Source of the DNA: an uncultured Candidatus Entotheonella sp.
GTDB lineage: Bacteria > Tectomicrobia > Entotheonellia > Entotheonellales > Entotheonellaceae
Reading direction: 5' to 3'
NCBI GenBank assembly: GCA_965215335.1
Contig: CBDCDA010000001.1
Span: forward strand, 960,001-1,024,000
DNA: 64,000 nucleotides
The position numbers and the translations under genes are program-made. Below are positions 1 through 9,676 of the stretch, in pieces. Numbering within the stretch: the stretch's first letter is position 1; each line of letters starts with the position of its first letter. The notes beneath the pieces are model-generated. The model saw nothing but the letters and a program-made list of their open reading frames with translations, was not told where the DNA came from and did not search any database.

Positions 1-1262
1 ACCGGGCCATCCACGAATGGTATCGCTTCGTGCTGTCATTCCCGCCCCACCTGGTCCAGGCTTACCTGCAACACTTCGGAGTTGGTTCGCTCGACACCGT
101 CTTGGACCCCTTCTGTGGAACCGGCACGACGCTGGTCGAATGCAAGAAGTCCGGTATCTCCAGCGTGGGTATCGAATCGAACCCGATGGCGCGCTTCGCA
201 AGTGAGGTGAAAGTCGATTGGTCGATCAGCAGCGACCGACTCCGGCAATATGCAGAGGCCGTCGGCTCGTCAACCAGAGTGACCCTGGCGCAACAGGGCA
301 TTGACGAGTGGAGCGGTCTCCCGCTCTTTACGACAACTTGCGAACCGTCCTGCCCTCTCCTTGAACTTCCTGCTGCGCAGTCAGAACTGCTGCTGAAGCA
401 TTCAATCAGTCCACTCCCCCTGCACAAGACGCTGGTGCTTTTGGAAGCCATTGGCAGGCACGGCAGCCAACGGCAGCAGCAGTATGGCCGTCTTGCGCTC
501 GCCAACGCGCTCGTCAACCATCTCGGCAATCTGAAATTCGGGCCGGAGGTAGGCGTCGGCCAAGTCAAACATGACGCACGGGTAGTGGACGCCTGGACCG
601 AAATCATGCACACGATCGCCAGTGATATCGAGGCTCACAAAGGGCGGGCCGGGGTCCCCGCTGCGGTAATTGAGGCGGACGCTCGAGAGGTTGATCAGGT
701 TCTCGAACCGCAGTCGGTGAATGTCGTGATTACCTCCCCGCCGTACCCGAACGAAAAAGATTACACCCGCACCACCCGATTGGAGTCGGTCATTCTGGGA
801 CTTGTTCGCAATCGCCAGGAACTGCGCTCGTTGAAACAGAACCTGATCAGGTCCAACACGCGCGGCGTGTACAGGTCTGACAACGACCACCATGAGGTCG
901 CGGACAACATCGAGATTCAGCGGATCGCCGATGCCATCGACAAACGCCGTGTCGAATTGGGCAAAACGTCCGGCTTCGAGCGCGCGTACGCGCGGGTTAC
1001 CCGACTGTACTTCGGCGGTATGCGCCGCCATCTCGCGTCTCTGCGGCCTGTTCTCAGGCCGGGGGCGAAGCTCGCCTATGTCGTCGGTGATCAGGCATCC
1101 TATCTGCGCGTCATGATACGCACCGGCCGGATTCTCGCCGAAATTGCGGAGTCCTTGGGTTATGGCGTCACCGGCATCGACCTGTTTCGCACCCGACCGT
1201 CGACAGTGACCGGCGAACAATTGCGGGAAGAGGTCGTCCTGCTGGAATGGCCGGGTTGCTGA
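1..1262 (+). CDS. DNA methyltransferase, probably N4-cytosine (5' end outside window)
   Basis: Frame is open from nt 3 (RAIHEWYRFVLSFPPHLV). Motif I DPFCGTGTT precedes motif IV TSPPY. Confidence 0.88.
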   Translation, partial: RAIHEWYRFVLSFPPHLVQAYLQHFGVGSLDTVLDPFCGTGTTLVECKKSGISSVGIESNPMARFASEVKVDWSISSDRLRQYAEAVGSSTRVTLAQQGIDEWSGLPLFTTTCEPSCPLLELPAAQSELLLKHSISPLPLHKTLVLLEAIGRHGSQRQQQYGRLALANALVNHLGNLKFGPEVGVGQVKHDARVVDAWTEIMHTIASDIEAHKGRAGVPAAVIEADAREVDQVLEPQSVNVVITSPPYPNEKDYTRTTRLESVILGLVRNRQELRSLKQNLIRSNTRGVYRSDNDHHEVADNIEIQRIADAIDKRRVELGKTSGFERAYARVTRLYFGGMRRHLASLRPVLRPGAKLAYVVGDQASYLRVMIRTGRILAEIAESLGYGVTGIDLFRTRPSTVTGEQLREEVVLLEWPGC

Positions 1263-1275
1263 AGGGCGCCACCCC

Positions 1276-1581
1276 ATGCCTGTCCAAAACCGTTACGCCA
1301 CCATCATCGAGGCAATTTTCCAAGCCGGCTATCGGTCCGGCCAGCGCAGCGTTGCCTTTGAACGCGAAGACATCGTTGCCTTTGCGTCCGAACTGAAAAT
1401 CGCCTTACCCAAGAATCTGGGTGACCTCATAATACAGCTTCCGATACCGAACAGACCTTCCGGCCAGCATTTTGAGCACGGCCCCTGAAGGTGAAACCTG
1501 GATCGGCTGATCGACATATTCCTCGGTATCGCCTGTTATTCCCTGCAGAATCACTTCCGCACAACGGTTCCCGCCGGATGA
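1276..1581 (+). pseudogene. Degraded restriction endonuclease-like gene (frameshift, internal deletion, truncation)
   Basis: MPVQNRY...LPKNLGDLI continues after a +1 shift at ~1432 as YSFRYRTDLPASILSTAPEGETWI, then jumps at 1504 to RLIDIFLGIACYSLQNHFRTTVP, stop at 1581. I recognise these blocks from MTase-linked endonucleases; the gene lies 13 bp downstream of the MTase. Confidence 0.65.
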
Positions 1582-1661
1582 CTCGCCAACGCCCCGCGGT
1601 CCGGCGCGGCGACTGCCGCACGGCATCCACGCAAAGCGCCGCGCAAGGACCGGTCTGCGTC

Positions 1662-3524
1662 TCACGCCCCCTGCACCGGCAACACCACGTGCGACCGATA
1701 CGCCGGATCGTGATAGATGGTCTGATGGGCCAGTTCATGGCGTTGCTCCACACCTAGAGGACCACCGGTGTTGGGGTTGACGTCGAAACGCGGCCAGTTG
1801 CTGCTGCTGATGTCGAGGCGGACGCGGTGGCCGGCCTTGAAGACGTTGGAGGTGGGATAAAGGAAGAAGACGAACTCGTACGCCTGCCCCGGCGTGAGCA
1901 ACGCCGGCTTTTCGTAGCCGTTGCGGTAACGCGCCCGGATGATCGAATCAGTGATGTTGATGGCCAAGCCGTCCGGGTGCTCCGTGCTGGGCGGATAGAC
2001 GTCGATGAGCTTGGCGGTGAAATCCGTGTCCAGCGCCGATGACGACGCCCACAGGCGCATCTCGATGGGCCCCGTAACCTCGAACGCCTCGTCCAGCGGC
2101 GGCGTCTGGAAGGTCAGCACGTCGGGCCGCACGTTCAGCGGCAGGGTGTCCTGGCAGCCGAAGAAATCGGCGCGACCGCGCTGGTCGAAGCCGCCGGGCT
2201 GCATGGTGTCGTCCACCGCGGAAATGCCGCCGCCGATGGTCGGCACCGGGTTGCGGGGGTCGAACGTGAAGCGGCTGGCCGCGGACGCGCCGGCCTCCGG
2301 CTTGTCCGGCGACAGCACGCCGCCGCCGCGCAGGTAGTATGGCGTATAGCGCGTCTCCGGCAACGGCCAGTCGGGGGCGCTGCGCCAGTAGCCGCCGTGA
2401 TGAATGCGCCCCGGGAAATCCCGAGGGCCGCCCGGCGCGCCTTGGATGACGCGGCGACCGTCGCCGCTGCCCATCGTGAAAAAGCGTACCGGCGACCAAT
2501 CCACCACTTCACTACGCAGGCCCTTCAGCCAGTGGTCGAACCACAGGAGCTTCGTGTCCAGGTAATGGACGTGCGCTTCCGTCCCGAAATCCAGGTCGCC
2601 GGCATGCGTCACTTCATACTGCCCGTGCGTCCACGGCCCCATCAGCAGGTACTGCGGCGATTGCTTTAGGGCGCTGAGGCGCACGTAGCTTTCAGGGGTA
2701 TTGCGGGCGTAGGAATCGTACCAGCCGCCCCAATATAGTGTCGGCACGTCGGCGTGCTCGTCGTGGTACTCGTCGGGCGTGTAGCCCCGGAAGCCCTTCC
2801 AGTAGTCGTCGTAATTCGCGTGGGTGAGCACGTCCATGGCCCAGCGCTCATAGGATGGCAGGCGGCGCAGCAGCGTCGTGCCGGCCTTGAGGGGGAACCG
2901 CCGCACCAGCTCGGGCACCTTTTCCATGAGCACCTGTTGCAGCGCGGTCTTCAAGGCGGGGTCGGCCTCGGCCTCCTTGCTGGTCGCCGCCATGCGAAAG
3001 GCGTAGATCAGGAACCGCTGCTCCAGGGCGCCGTTGTGGCGCATCGAGCTGTGGTAGTAGTTGGCGGCGCCGACCGCCACGACCATCGTCGCCAGGTGCG
3101 GCGGGTTCAGCGTCGCCAGCGCGCTCTGGTCGCTGCCGGCGTACGAGTCGCCCATGGTGCCGACCTTGCCCGTGCTCCAGGGCTGTGTGCCGAGCCATTC
3201 CACCGTCGCGTAGCCATCCTCCGCCTCCTTGGCGAAGGCGTACCACTCCCCTTCCGAAGCGAACCGCCCGCGCACGTCCTGAATCACGCACACATAACCA
3301 CGCCGCGCAAAATACTTGCCCTTGGTCACCTGCGCCGGCGCCGCCTTGTTGTAGGGTGTGCGCTCCAGAATCACCGGAAACGTTCCCGCCGCCACACGGT
3401 CGCCGTCGAGGGCCGGGTAATAAATGTCGGCGGCCAGCTTGACGCCATCCGGCATGGTCGCCGACACGTTGGGCTCGATGACGACGTTATACGCCTGGCA
3501 GGACCCCTCGTAGCTATTCGCCAT
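1662..3524 (-). CDS. CocE/NonD family serine hydrolase
   Basis: ERTPY, QDVRGRFASEG, nucleophile GDSYAG, GPWTH, C-terminal SSSNWPRFDVNPNTG. Confidence 0.92.
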   Translation of the reverse strand: MANSYEGSCQAYNVVIEPNVSATMPDGVKLAADIYYPALDGDRVAAGTFPVILERTPYNKAAPAQVTKGKYFARRGYVCVIQDVRGRFASEGEWYAFAKEAEDGYATVEWLGTQPWSTGKVGTMGDSYAGSDQSALATLNPPHLATMVVAVGAANYYHSSMRHNGALEQRFLIYAFRMAATSKEAEADPALKTALQQVLMEKVPELVRRFPLKAGTTLLRRLPSYERWAMDVLTHANYDDYWKGFRGYTPDEYHDEHADVPTLYWGGWYDSYARNTPESYVRLSALKQSPQYLLMGPWTHGQYEVTHAGDLDFGTEAHVHYLDTKLLWFDHWLKGLRSEVVDWSPVRFFTMGSGDGRRVIQGAPGGPRDFPGRIHHGGYWRSAPDWPLPETRYTPYYLRGGGVLSPDKPEAGASAASRFTFDPRNPVPTIGGGISAVDDTMQPGGFDQRGRADFFGCQDTLPLNVRPDVLTFQTPPLDEAFEVTGPIEMRLWASSSALDTDFTAKLIDVYPPSTEHPDGLAINITDSIIRARYRNGYEKPALLTPGQAYEFVFFLYPTSNVFKAGHRVRLDISSSNWPRFDVNPNTGGPLGVEQRHELAHQTIYHDPAYRSHVVLPVQGA

Positions 3525-3823
3525 GACCTTCCCCTTGCTCTTGAGCAGCCCGGATCATGGCCAAGGCGCTGCCAGCAGCGCTTCGTGATCATGCATGCGG
3601 GCAAGCTCATCGGTCCCGGGCAAAAGCGATCCATGCCATCAATCCCCGGGATCATGCATCTAGAAAAAGCCACCCTTCTTTGCATAGTATAGCCCTTGCC
3701 CCAATGCAATTACAGAGGCCCCCTATTTTCGTGATACCCTGTCTTGCAATTTGTGGCCTTGATGAACGCTTTGGTATCGAGTATCGACCAACCCTGTCAG
3801 CACGCAATCCAAGGGAGAATACA

Positions 3824-4681
3824 TTGGGCAAGCTGGACGGCAAGGTAGCCATCGTCACGGGGGCGAGTCGGGGCATCGGCGCCGAAATCGCCAAGTTGTT
3901 CGCCGCCGCGGGCGGCAAGATCGTCTGCGTGGCGCGGACGGTGCAGGAAGGCACGCACCCGCTGCAGGGGTCGCTGGAAAAAACGGTCGCCGACATCCGC
4001 GCCGCGGGCGGCGAGGCCAGCGCGGTGCAGGCCAACATCTCGCTGCCCGAGGCGTGCGAGGCGCTCGTGCAGGAGACCCGGCGCCTGTACGGCCCGGTGC
4101 AGGTGTTGGTCAACAACGCGGCTCTCACCTATTTCCTGCCGATACGGGATTACGCCCTCAACCGCTGGATGCGCTCGTGGGCGGTGAATCTGCATGCCCC
4201 GTTCATCCTCAGCAAACTGGTGCTGGACGACATGGTGGAAGCCCGCAGCGGCAGCATCGTCAACATTTCGTCAGCCGCTGCCGTGGGACCCGGCAGGGGG
4301 CCGTATCCCGACGACAGCAGCGCGCTGCGCGGCAGCACCTGCTACGGCGCCGAAAAGGCCGCCCTCGAACGCTTCAGCCAAGGACTGGCACATGAGGTCT
4401 ACCCGTTCGGTGTCTCGGTCACCTGCGTCTCGCCGTCGCTCGTCGTCCCGACGCCGGGCACGGTGTTTCACAACCTCGTCAGCGGCATGGACGACCCGCG
4501 CGGCGAGCCCCCGGAACTGATGGCGCAAGCGGCCCTGCTGCTGGCCACGGAGCCCCTGGACGCCGTTACCGGACGCGTCACCTACAGCCAGCAGATTCTC
4601 CTGGAATACGGCCTGATCACGGAAGGCAGAGGCCGCGGTGTCGATCCGGACATGCCGACGACCTGTTACAGCCAACGCTAG
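3824..4681 (+). CDS. Short-chain dehydrogenase/reductase
   Basis: TGASRGIG, NNAA, NISS, YGAEK. TTG start at 3824 follows AAGGGAG. Confidence 0.9.
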   Translation: MGKLDGKVAIVTGASRGIGAEIAKLFAAAGGKIVCVARTVQEGTHPLQGSLEKTVADIRAAGGEASAVQANISLPEACEALVQETRRLYGPVQVLVNNAALTYFLPIRDYALNRWMRSWAVNLHAPFILSKLVLDDMVEARSGSIVNISSAAAVGPGRGPYPDDSSALRGSTCYGAEKAALERFSQGLAHEVYPFGVSVTCVSPSLVVPTPGTVFHNLVSGMDDPRGEPPELMAQAALLLATEPLDAVTGRVTYSQQILLEYGLITEGRGRGVDPDMPTTCYSQR

Positions 4682-4801
4682 CCCGGCAGTGGTTGACCCT
4701 GGCCGGCGGGCATGGGATGATCCCCGGGCCCTCAGCCTGCCGGTTTGCCAAGGCACCCGCAACACACCGTAACCGCAATCGCCCGAAGGGAGATGTGAAG
4801 A

Positions 4802-5638
4802 ATGCTCATTGGCGTCAGCATGTTCGCAACCGATTACGCCATCCGAATCGACGACTTGGCCCGTGAAGCGGAGGCCCGGGGCTTTGAGTCGCTGTGGGTT
4901 CCCGAACACACCCACATCCCCAGCAGCCGGCGGACGCCGTGGCCGGGCGGCGCCGAATTGCCGAAGGAATACAGCCATTCGTACGACCCGTTCGTGGCTC
5001 TCATGTTTGCCGCCGCGGTCACCACGACGATCAAGGTCGGCACCGGCATCTGCCTGGTCATCGAGCGCGACACCATCACCCTGGCCAAGGAAATCGCCAG
5101 CCTCGACCGCCTGTCGGGCGGGCGCTTTCTGTTCGGCATCGGCGGCGGCTGGAACGCCGAGGAGATGGAACACCACGGCACGGTGTTCAAGACGCGCTTC
5201 AGGAAAATGGGCGAGCAGGTGCACGCCCTGAAAACCATCTGGACGCAGGACGAGGCCGAATTTCACGGCGATTTCGTCAACTTCGAGTCGCTGTGGTCGT
5301 GGCCCAAGCCGCTGCAGCAGCCGCACCCACCAGTCTTCCTGGGCGGCGAAAGCGCCTACACGCTGCAGCGCGTGGTCGATTACTGCGACGGCTGGCTGCC
5401 ACGCAGCCGCCGGCCGGAACTGGTCCTGCAGGGGATCGGCGAACTGCGGGAATGCGCCGCCAAGGCCGGACGCGATATGAAAACGATCTCCGTCACCGCC
5501 TCCGGCGCGCCGGGAGACCCGAAGCTCCTGGACAGTTACCGCGCAGCCGGGTGCGACCGCTGCATCCTCGGCCTGCCGTCGGCGGCACGCGACACCGTAC
5601 TGCCCATCCTCGACAAATACACGTCCTTCATGCAGTAA
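4802..5638 (+). CDS. LLM-class (probably F420-dependent) oxidoreductase
   Basis: GFESLWVPEHTHIP, LAKEIASLDRLSGGRFLFGIGGGWN, WPKPLQQPHPP. Confidence 0.88.
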   Translation: MLIGVSMFATDYAIRIDDLAREAEARGFESLWVPEHTHIPSSRRTPWPGGAELPKEYSHSYDPFVALMFAAAVTTTIKVGTGICLVIERDTITLAKEIASLDRLSGGRFLFGIGGGWNAEEMEHHGTVFKTRFRKMGEQVHALKTIWTQDEAEFHGDFVNFESLWSWPKPLQQPHPPVFLGGESAYTLQRVVDYCDGWLPRSRRPELVLQGIGELRECAAKAGRDMKTISVTASGAPGDPKLLDSYRAAGCDRCILGLPSAARDTVLPILDKYTSFMQ

Positions 5639-5680
5639 GGACACGGTAAGGACAGCTTCCAAAAGGGACCTCACGACATT

Positions 5681-6781
5681 ATGGATCTGGAAAAGCTGAC
5701 GCTGCAACACGTTGACGTGCAGGCGGTGCTGGTGCCGCTGAACCGACCGGTGGTTTCCAGGGTGGGCCTGTACGAACAGTGGCCGCTCATTCTGATCGAT
5801 CTCCACACCCACGAGGGCGTCGTGGGCCGCAGCTACCTGGCACCGTACCTGAAGCAGGCGGTAGCCTACCTGATACCGGCCATTCACGACTTGGCCAAGG
5901 CGTGGCAGGACCAGCCCCTGGCGCCTGTGGATGCCTACCAGGCGGGGCGGAAGTCGCTGAGTCTGGTGGGACTGGAAGGCGTGTCCTTGATCGCCGTCTC
6001 GGGCCTCGACATGGCGGCCTGGGACGCGCTGGCAAAAGCCGCCAACGTGCCCCTCGCCGTCCTGCTCGGCGGCTCGCTGGCGCCAGTTCCGGCCTACAAC
6101 AGCAACGGCTTGTGGCTGACGCCCCTGGACACGCTGGCCGAGGAAGCGGCGGCGCTGGTCGATGAAGGCGGCTTCACGGCGCTCAAACTGCGGCTCGGGC
6201 GCGCTAGCCTCGAAGATGACCTGACCGCCATCAGCAACGTGCGCGACGCGGTCGGTGACGACGTCAAGCTGATGTGCGATTTCAACCAGGGCTTGTCACT
6301 CGGCGGTGCCCTGGCCCGCTGCCATGACCTGGACCGTGAGGGGCTTTACTGGCTCGAGGAACCTATCGCCTACAATAACCTGACCGGCTATGCGCAACTC
6401 ACCAACGAATTGGCCACCCCGGTGCAACTCGGCGAGAATTTCTACGGGCCGCGCGCCGTCTATGAAGCGCTGCTTGCCGGCGCCGGCGACTTCATCATGC
6501 CGGACCTGATGCGCATTGGCGGGGTCACGGGCTGGATGCGAGCCGCCGCCATCGCCGGCGCGGCCGGTATCGAACTGTCGTCCCATCTCTACCCGGAGGT
6601 CTCCGGCCACCTGCTGCGCGTCAGCGAGACCGCGCATTGGCTGGAATGGCAGGATTGGGCCGCGCCCATCCTGGCGGCGCCGTTCAAGCTGCAGGATGGA
6701 CACCTGGTAATCCCGGACGTGCCGGGCAACGGCCTGGCGTGGGACGCCGATGCCGTCGCCCGCTACCGTTTCGAACCGTAG
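5681..6781 (+). CDS. Mandelate racemase-like enolase superfamily enzyme
   Basis: SGLDMAAWDALAK, metal ligands in MCDFNQ / WLEEP / GEN, and SSH. Confidence 0.88.
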   Translation: MDLEKLTLQHVDVQAVLVPLNRPVVSRVGLYEQWPLILIDLHTHEGVVGRSYLAPYLKQAVAYLIPAIHDLAKAWQDQPLAPVDAYQAGRKSLSLVGLEGVSLIAVSGLDMAAWDALAKAANVPLAVLLGGSLAPVPAYNSNGLWLTPLDTLAEEAAALVDEGGFTALKLRLGRASLEDDLTAISNVRDAVGDDVKLMCDFNQGLSLGGALARCHDLDREGLYWLEEPIAYNNLTGYAQLTNELATPVQLGENFYGPRAVYEALLAGAGDFIMPDLMRIGGVTGWMRAAAIAGAAGIELSSHLYPEVSGHLLRVSETAHWLEWQDWAAPILAAPFKLQDGHLVIPDVPGNGLAWDADAVARYRFEP

Positions 6782-6784
6782 GGC

Positions 6785-7195
6785 TTACGGCGTGTAGGTG
6801 AGGGTGAACCGCCCGGTGGTGCGGTGGGAATCGATAGAGAGAACCTGCCACTCGATCAGGTACATACCGGCGGACAGGCTTTCGGGCAGACGGACGGCCA
6901 ACTCCTGGGTCACCGCGGGGCCGTCCACCATCCCCTCGTCCACTTTTTCCCGGGGCCTGATCTCGCCCGTTTCGACATCTCGCAGCGCGCGGTGCACCGT
7001 CACCCGGCTGAAGCGGCTTTCGACACGCTCACTGAACGACAGGCGAATCGTTTCGGGGAGTCGCGCGATTTCGGAATCGGCAGGCGGCTGGGTACGAATC
7101 AACTTGCCGTGCGCAGCCGAGACGGACGGCAAAAGCACCATCAGGATGACAAACCCCACCCAGTGACCCAGACCTATCCGAACGACCTTCATCAT
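6785..7195 (-). CDS. copC: CopC-family periplasmic copper-binding protein
   Basis: Signal peptide ending AAH (mature N-terminal His), then LIRTQP, LSFSE, and Y-x-IEWQVLSIDSH-x-T-x-G. Start trimmed to ATG 7195. Confidence 0.8.
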   Translation of the reverse strand: MMKVVRIGLGHWVGFVILMVLLPSVSAAHGKLIRTQPPADSEIARLPETIRLSFSERVESRFSRVTVHRALRDVETGEIRPREKVDEGMVDGPAVTQELAVRLPESLSAGMYLIEWQVLSIDSHRTTGRFTLTYTP

Positions 7196-7220
7196 CGCAG
7201 CCTCTTCGCCTTGTTCTTGC

Positions 7221-7706
7221 TTAACGAGCCTGTAGTTCCACCCGGGTAACCCGCCGGCCGTCGTACGTGAAGCGGATTTCGAATCCAACCATGCCGTCGC
7301 GGCAGGCGTGCCGGCAACGCACCGCATAGCGCACCATCCAGGGCGCGCCGATACCGCTCGGCCGCATGAAACGCGCTGCAGTGTCGTTTTGCGTCCTGAA
7401 TTCGCTCACGTACCGTCGCACGCCCTCCCAGTGCCACGGCTCCTGGCACCGCAAGGCGCCCTGTACCGGCTCCTCCGATGCACCCGAGATGTGCCGCTCC
7501 ATGACGGTGTCCATGGCAATCCGGCAGTCCGGTTGGAATTGCTCGAGCACGGCTCCGTCCAACCCGGCCAGGCCGAGCATGTCCAGCATCAGCGCCTCGC
7601 CGTCGAGCCAGGTGGCCGACACCTCCCGCACCCCCACCGGCGCCGCAGCCATCGCCACGAAGAGTAAGGTGAGGAGCACATACGGTATGCGGGCCACGCG
7701 TCTCAA
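7221..7706 (-). CDS. Hypothetical exported protein (4 Cys)
   Basis: Hydrophobic N-terminal signal; start overlaps the stop of the upstream hydrolase; fills the gap before copC. Confidence 0.55.
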   Translation of the reverse strand: MRRVARIPYVLLTLLFVAMAAAPVGVREVSATWLDGEALMLDMLGLAGLDGAVLEQFQPDCRIAMDTVMERHISGASEEPVQGALRCQEPWHWEGVRRYVSEFRTQNDTAARFMRPSGIGAPWMVRYAVRCRHACRDGMVGFEIRFTYDGRRVTRVELQAR

Positions 7707-8575
7707 CCCATTTGACGGTGAACGAACTCGATGATCTGCGTGACGGCCTGACCGGCGACCGCCGAGGTCGGCTTGCGGTTGATGAACCCTTCCGCCTCGC
7801 CGTCGAACAACTTCAGCTCAACCTGTCCACCGGCCTGCCGGTATTGCTCGACGAAACGGTCCAGGTCAGGACGAGGATGCGCTACGTCCTCGGTGCCCTG
7901 CACGTATAGGACCGGTGGCAATTCAACCTCCTCGCCGCGCTCGAGAGCCAGCACCGGGTTGCCCTCGGCCATGGCCTCTTCATCCTGCCAATACTGATCG
8001 TGACAGGGCAGGACACGGTCAACGAGTTGCGGGTACGGCGCACCGCTCTCCCGCAGGTTCTTGGCGTAACGGTAACGTGCCAGCGGGTCGATGACCGGCC
8101 AACACAGCACCACGTAGTCCAGACGCATCCCCACGTCCGCCGCGCCGTACGGCGGCTTGAAGGCAGCGTACCGTGCGTCCTGCGGCCGCATGGCCAGCAG
8201 GATCGCCTGGTGCCCACCGCTGGAGACGCCAAGGGCGCCTACCTTGTCCGTGCGAAGGCTGAGCGTCTCCGCCCGCGTCCGCAGCCAGCGGACGCCGTAA
8301 TGAATGTCCGTCAACGAAGCCGGGTACGACGCATCGGGCGGCATGCGAAAATCGAGCGCCGCCACCGCCACGCCACTACGCGCCAACGCCTCGCTGATGA
8401 CGACGTCGTTCATCCGGTCGCCCCGGCACCAGGCGCCGCCGTGCAGCTCCACCAGCAGCGGAAAAGGCCCGTCGCCACGCGGCTTGTAAAGACGTGCCAG
8501 CAACGCCTTGTTGCCGAAACGCAGGTATTCGAGGTCTTCCACTTCAATATCGTAAACCGTCAGGGCCGCCGCCAT
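7703..8575 (-). CDS. Alpha/beta hydrolase (HSL-like esterase)
   Basis: HGGAW oxyanion motif, DFRMPP, GVSSGGH nucleophile elbow; AAGGAGGAG RBS. Confidence 0.88.
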   Translation of the reverse strand: MAAALTVYDIEVEDLEYLRFGNKALLARLYKPRGDGPFPLLVELHGGAWCRGDRMNDVVISEALARSGVAVAALDFRMPPDASYPASLTDIHYGVRWLRTRAETLSLRTDKVGALGVSSGGHQAILLAMRPQDARYAAFKPPYGAADVGMRLDYVVLCWPVIDPLARYRYAKNLRESGAPYPQLVDRVLPCHDQYWQDEEAMAEGNPVLALERGEEVELPPVLYVQGTEDVAHPRPDLDRFVEQYRQAGGQVELKLFDGEAEGFINRKPTSAVAGQAVTQIIEFVHRQMG

Positions 8576-8697
8576 GCGCTCCTCCTTCCGAAATGCGCAC
8601 CTCGTACTTAAGGATGGGTTCTTGACCCGATCTCCCTTAAAATATGCTTTTCCATCATCACCGAATCACCAAGCCGACTCAAGACAAGGAAGCACCC

Positions 8698-9219
8698 ATG
8701 CAACAGCTCGACATTCTGGCTTCGGCGTTGCAGCTGAACGCCGGCCTCGTCCAACGGGCCCTCGACGGACTCTCCGACGATGACCTCACCAAGCGCCCCA
8801 ACGACCAGTGCAACCCCATCGGCTGGACCCTCTGGCATCAATATCGTTACGAAGACCGCGTCGTCTCCGGCCTTACCGACGAGCCGCAAGTCTGGCTCGC
8901 CGACGGCTGGCACGACAAGTTCGGCATGCCGGCCGACGCCGACCAGCTCGGCATGGGCGACTCGCTGGAGCAAGTCGGCGACTTCCGCGCCACGCTCGAC
9001 AATTTGCAGGGTTACGGCGCCGCAGTGCGTGAGAAGACGCTGGCTTGCCTGCAGACCATCACGCCGGCGGAACTCGAACGCGAGTTGACGGCACCGGGCG
9101 GCGCGACACGCACAGCCGGCGCCTCATTGGGCGTTCTGCTGCTCGATCATTTCCACCATAGCGGCCAGGTGTGCTACCTGCGGGGATTCATCACCGGCAA
9201 GGGCTGGTTCGCGGCCTGA
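8698..9219 (+). CDS. DinB-family protein
   Basis: NPIGWTLWH and H-x-x-HH-x-GQ metal triad; AAGGA RBS before ATG 8698. Confidence 0.85.
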   Translation: MQQLDILASALQLNAGLVQRALDGLSDDDLTKRPNDQCNPIGWTLWHQYRYEDRVVSGLTDEPQVWLADGWHDKFGMPADADQLGMGDSLEQVGDFRATLDNLQGYGAAVREKTLACLQTITPAELERELTAPGGATRTAGASLGVLLLDHFHHSGQVCYLRGFITGKGWFAA

Positions 9220-9236
9220 TTTGGCCTCCTGACGTA

Positions 9237-9265
9237 TCAAGGGCCGCGACGGTCGCGGCCCTTGA
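9237..9265. terminator. Hairpin between convergent DinB and tRNA genes
   Basis: Perfect 14-bp inverted repeat TCAAGGGCCGCGAC-G-GTCGCGGCCCTTGA; no U-tract. Confidence 0.55.
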
Positions 9266-9294
9266 CGACCCCGAGGAGAAAATCCTGGAGGGAG

Positions 9295-9369
<75 letters not shown>

Positions 9370-9380
9370 GACGGCAGAGA

Positions 9381-9453
9381 TGAGCCGTGCTGGACTCGAA
9401 CCAGCGACCCGCTGCTTAAAAGGCAGCTGCTCTACCACCTGAGCTAACGGCCC
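9381..9453 (-). tRNA. tRNA-Lys(TTT)
   Basis: GGGCCGTTAGCTCAGGTGGTAGAGCA-GCTGC-CTTTTAA-GCAGC...GGTTCGAGTCC; CCA not encoded. Confidence 0.95.
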
Positions 9454-9511
9454 GTCGAGGACGCTGGTCTCCCTGACGCGGAGTGCATGGCCCTCAACTG
9501 CCTGAAACAGA

Positions 9512-9540
9512 AGCATAATGACTGGATTTCGACCTGTCAA
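9512..9540 (-). promoter_or_regulatory. Sigma70-type promoter for tRNA-Lys/tRNA-Glu
   Basis: TTGACA-17 nt-TATGCT on the minus strand, upstream of tRNA-Lys. Confidence 0.7.
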
Positions 9541-9676
9541 CTTGCGCCCCCGGCAAGCCCGAAATCCTTCTTGCACCACCGGGGTCCCTCTGATAAAGTG
9601 GTCCCCTTTCGATTGCCATAGGCGAAGAAGCCTGAGCGGGTAACGGCATGATAGGCGCCTTAGGGGAGGAACCAGC

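Noticed and set aside
3680..3709. TTGCAT-N18-ATGCAA inverted repeat in the divergent CocE/SDR promoter region
   Set aside because: Only 6-bp arms and no regulator nearby; could be chance.
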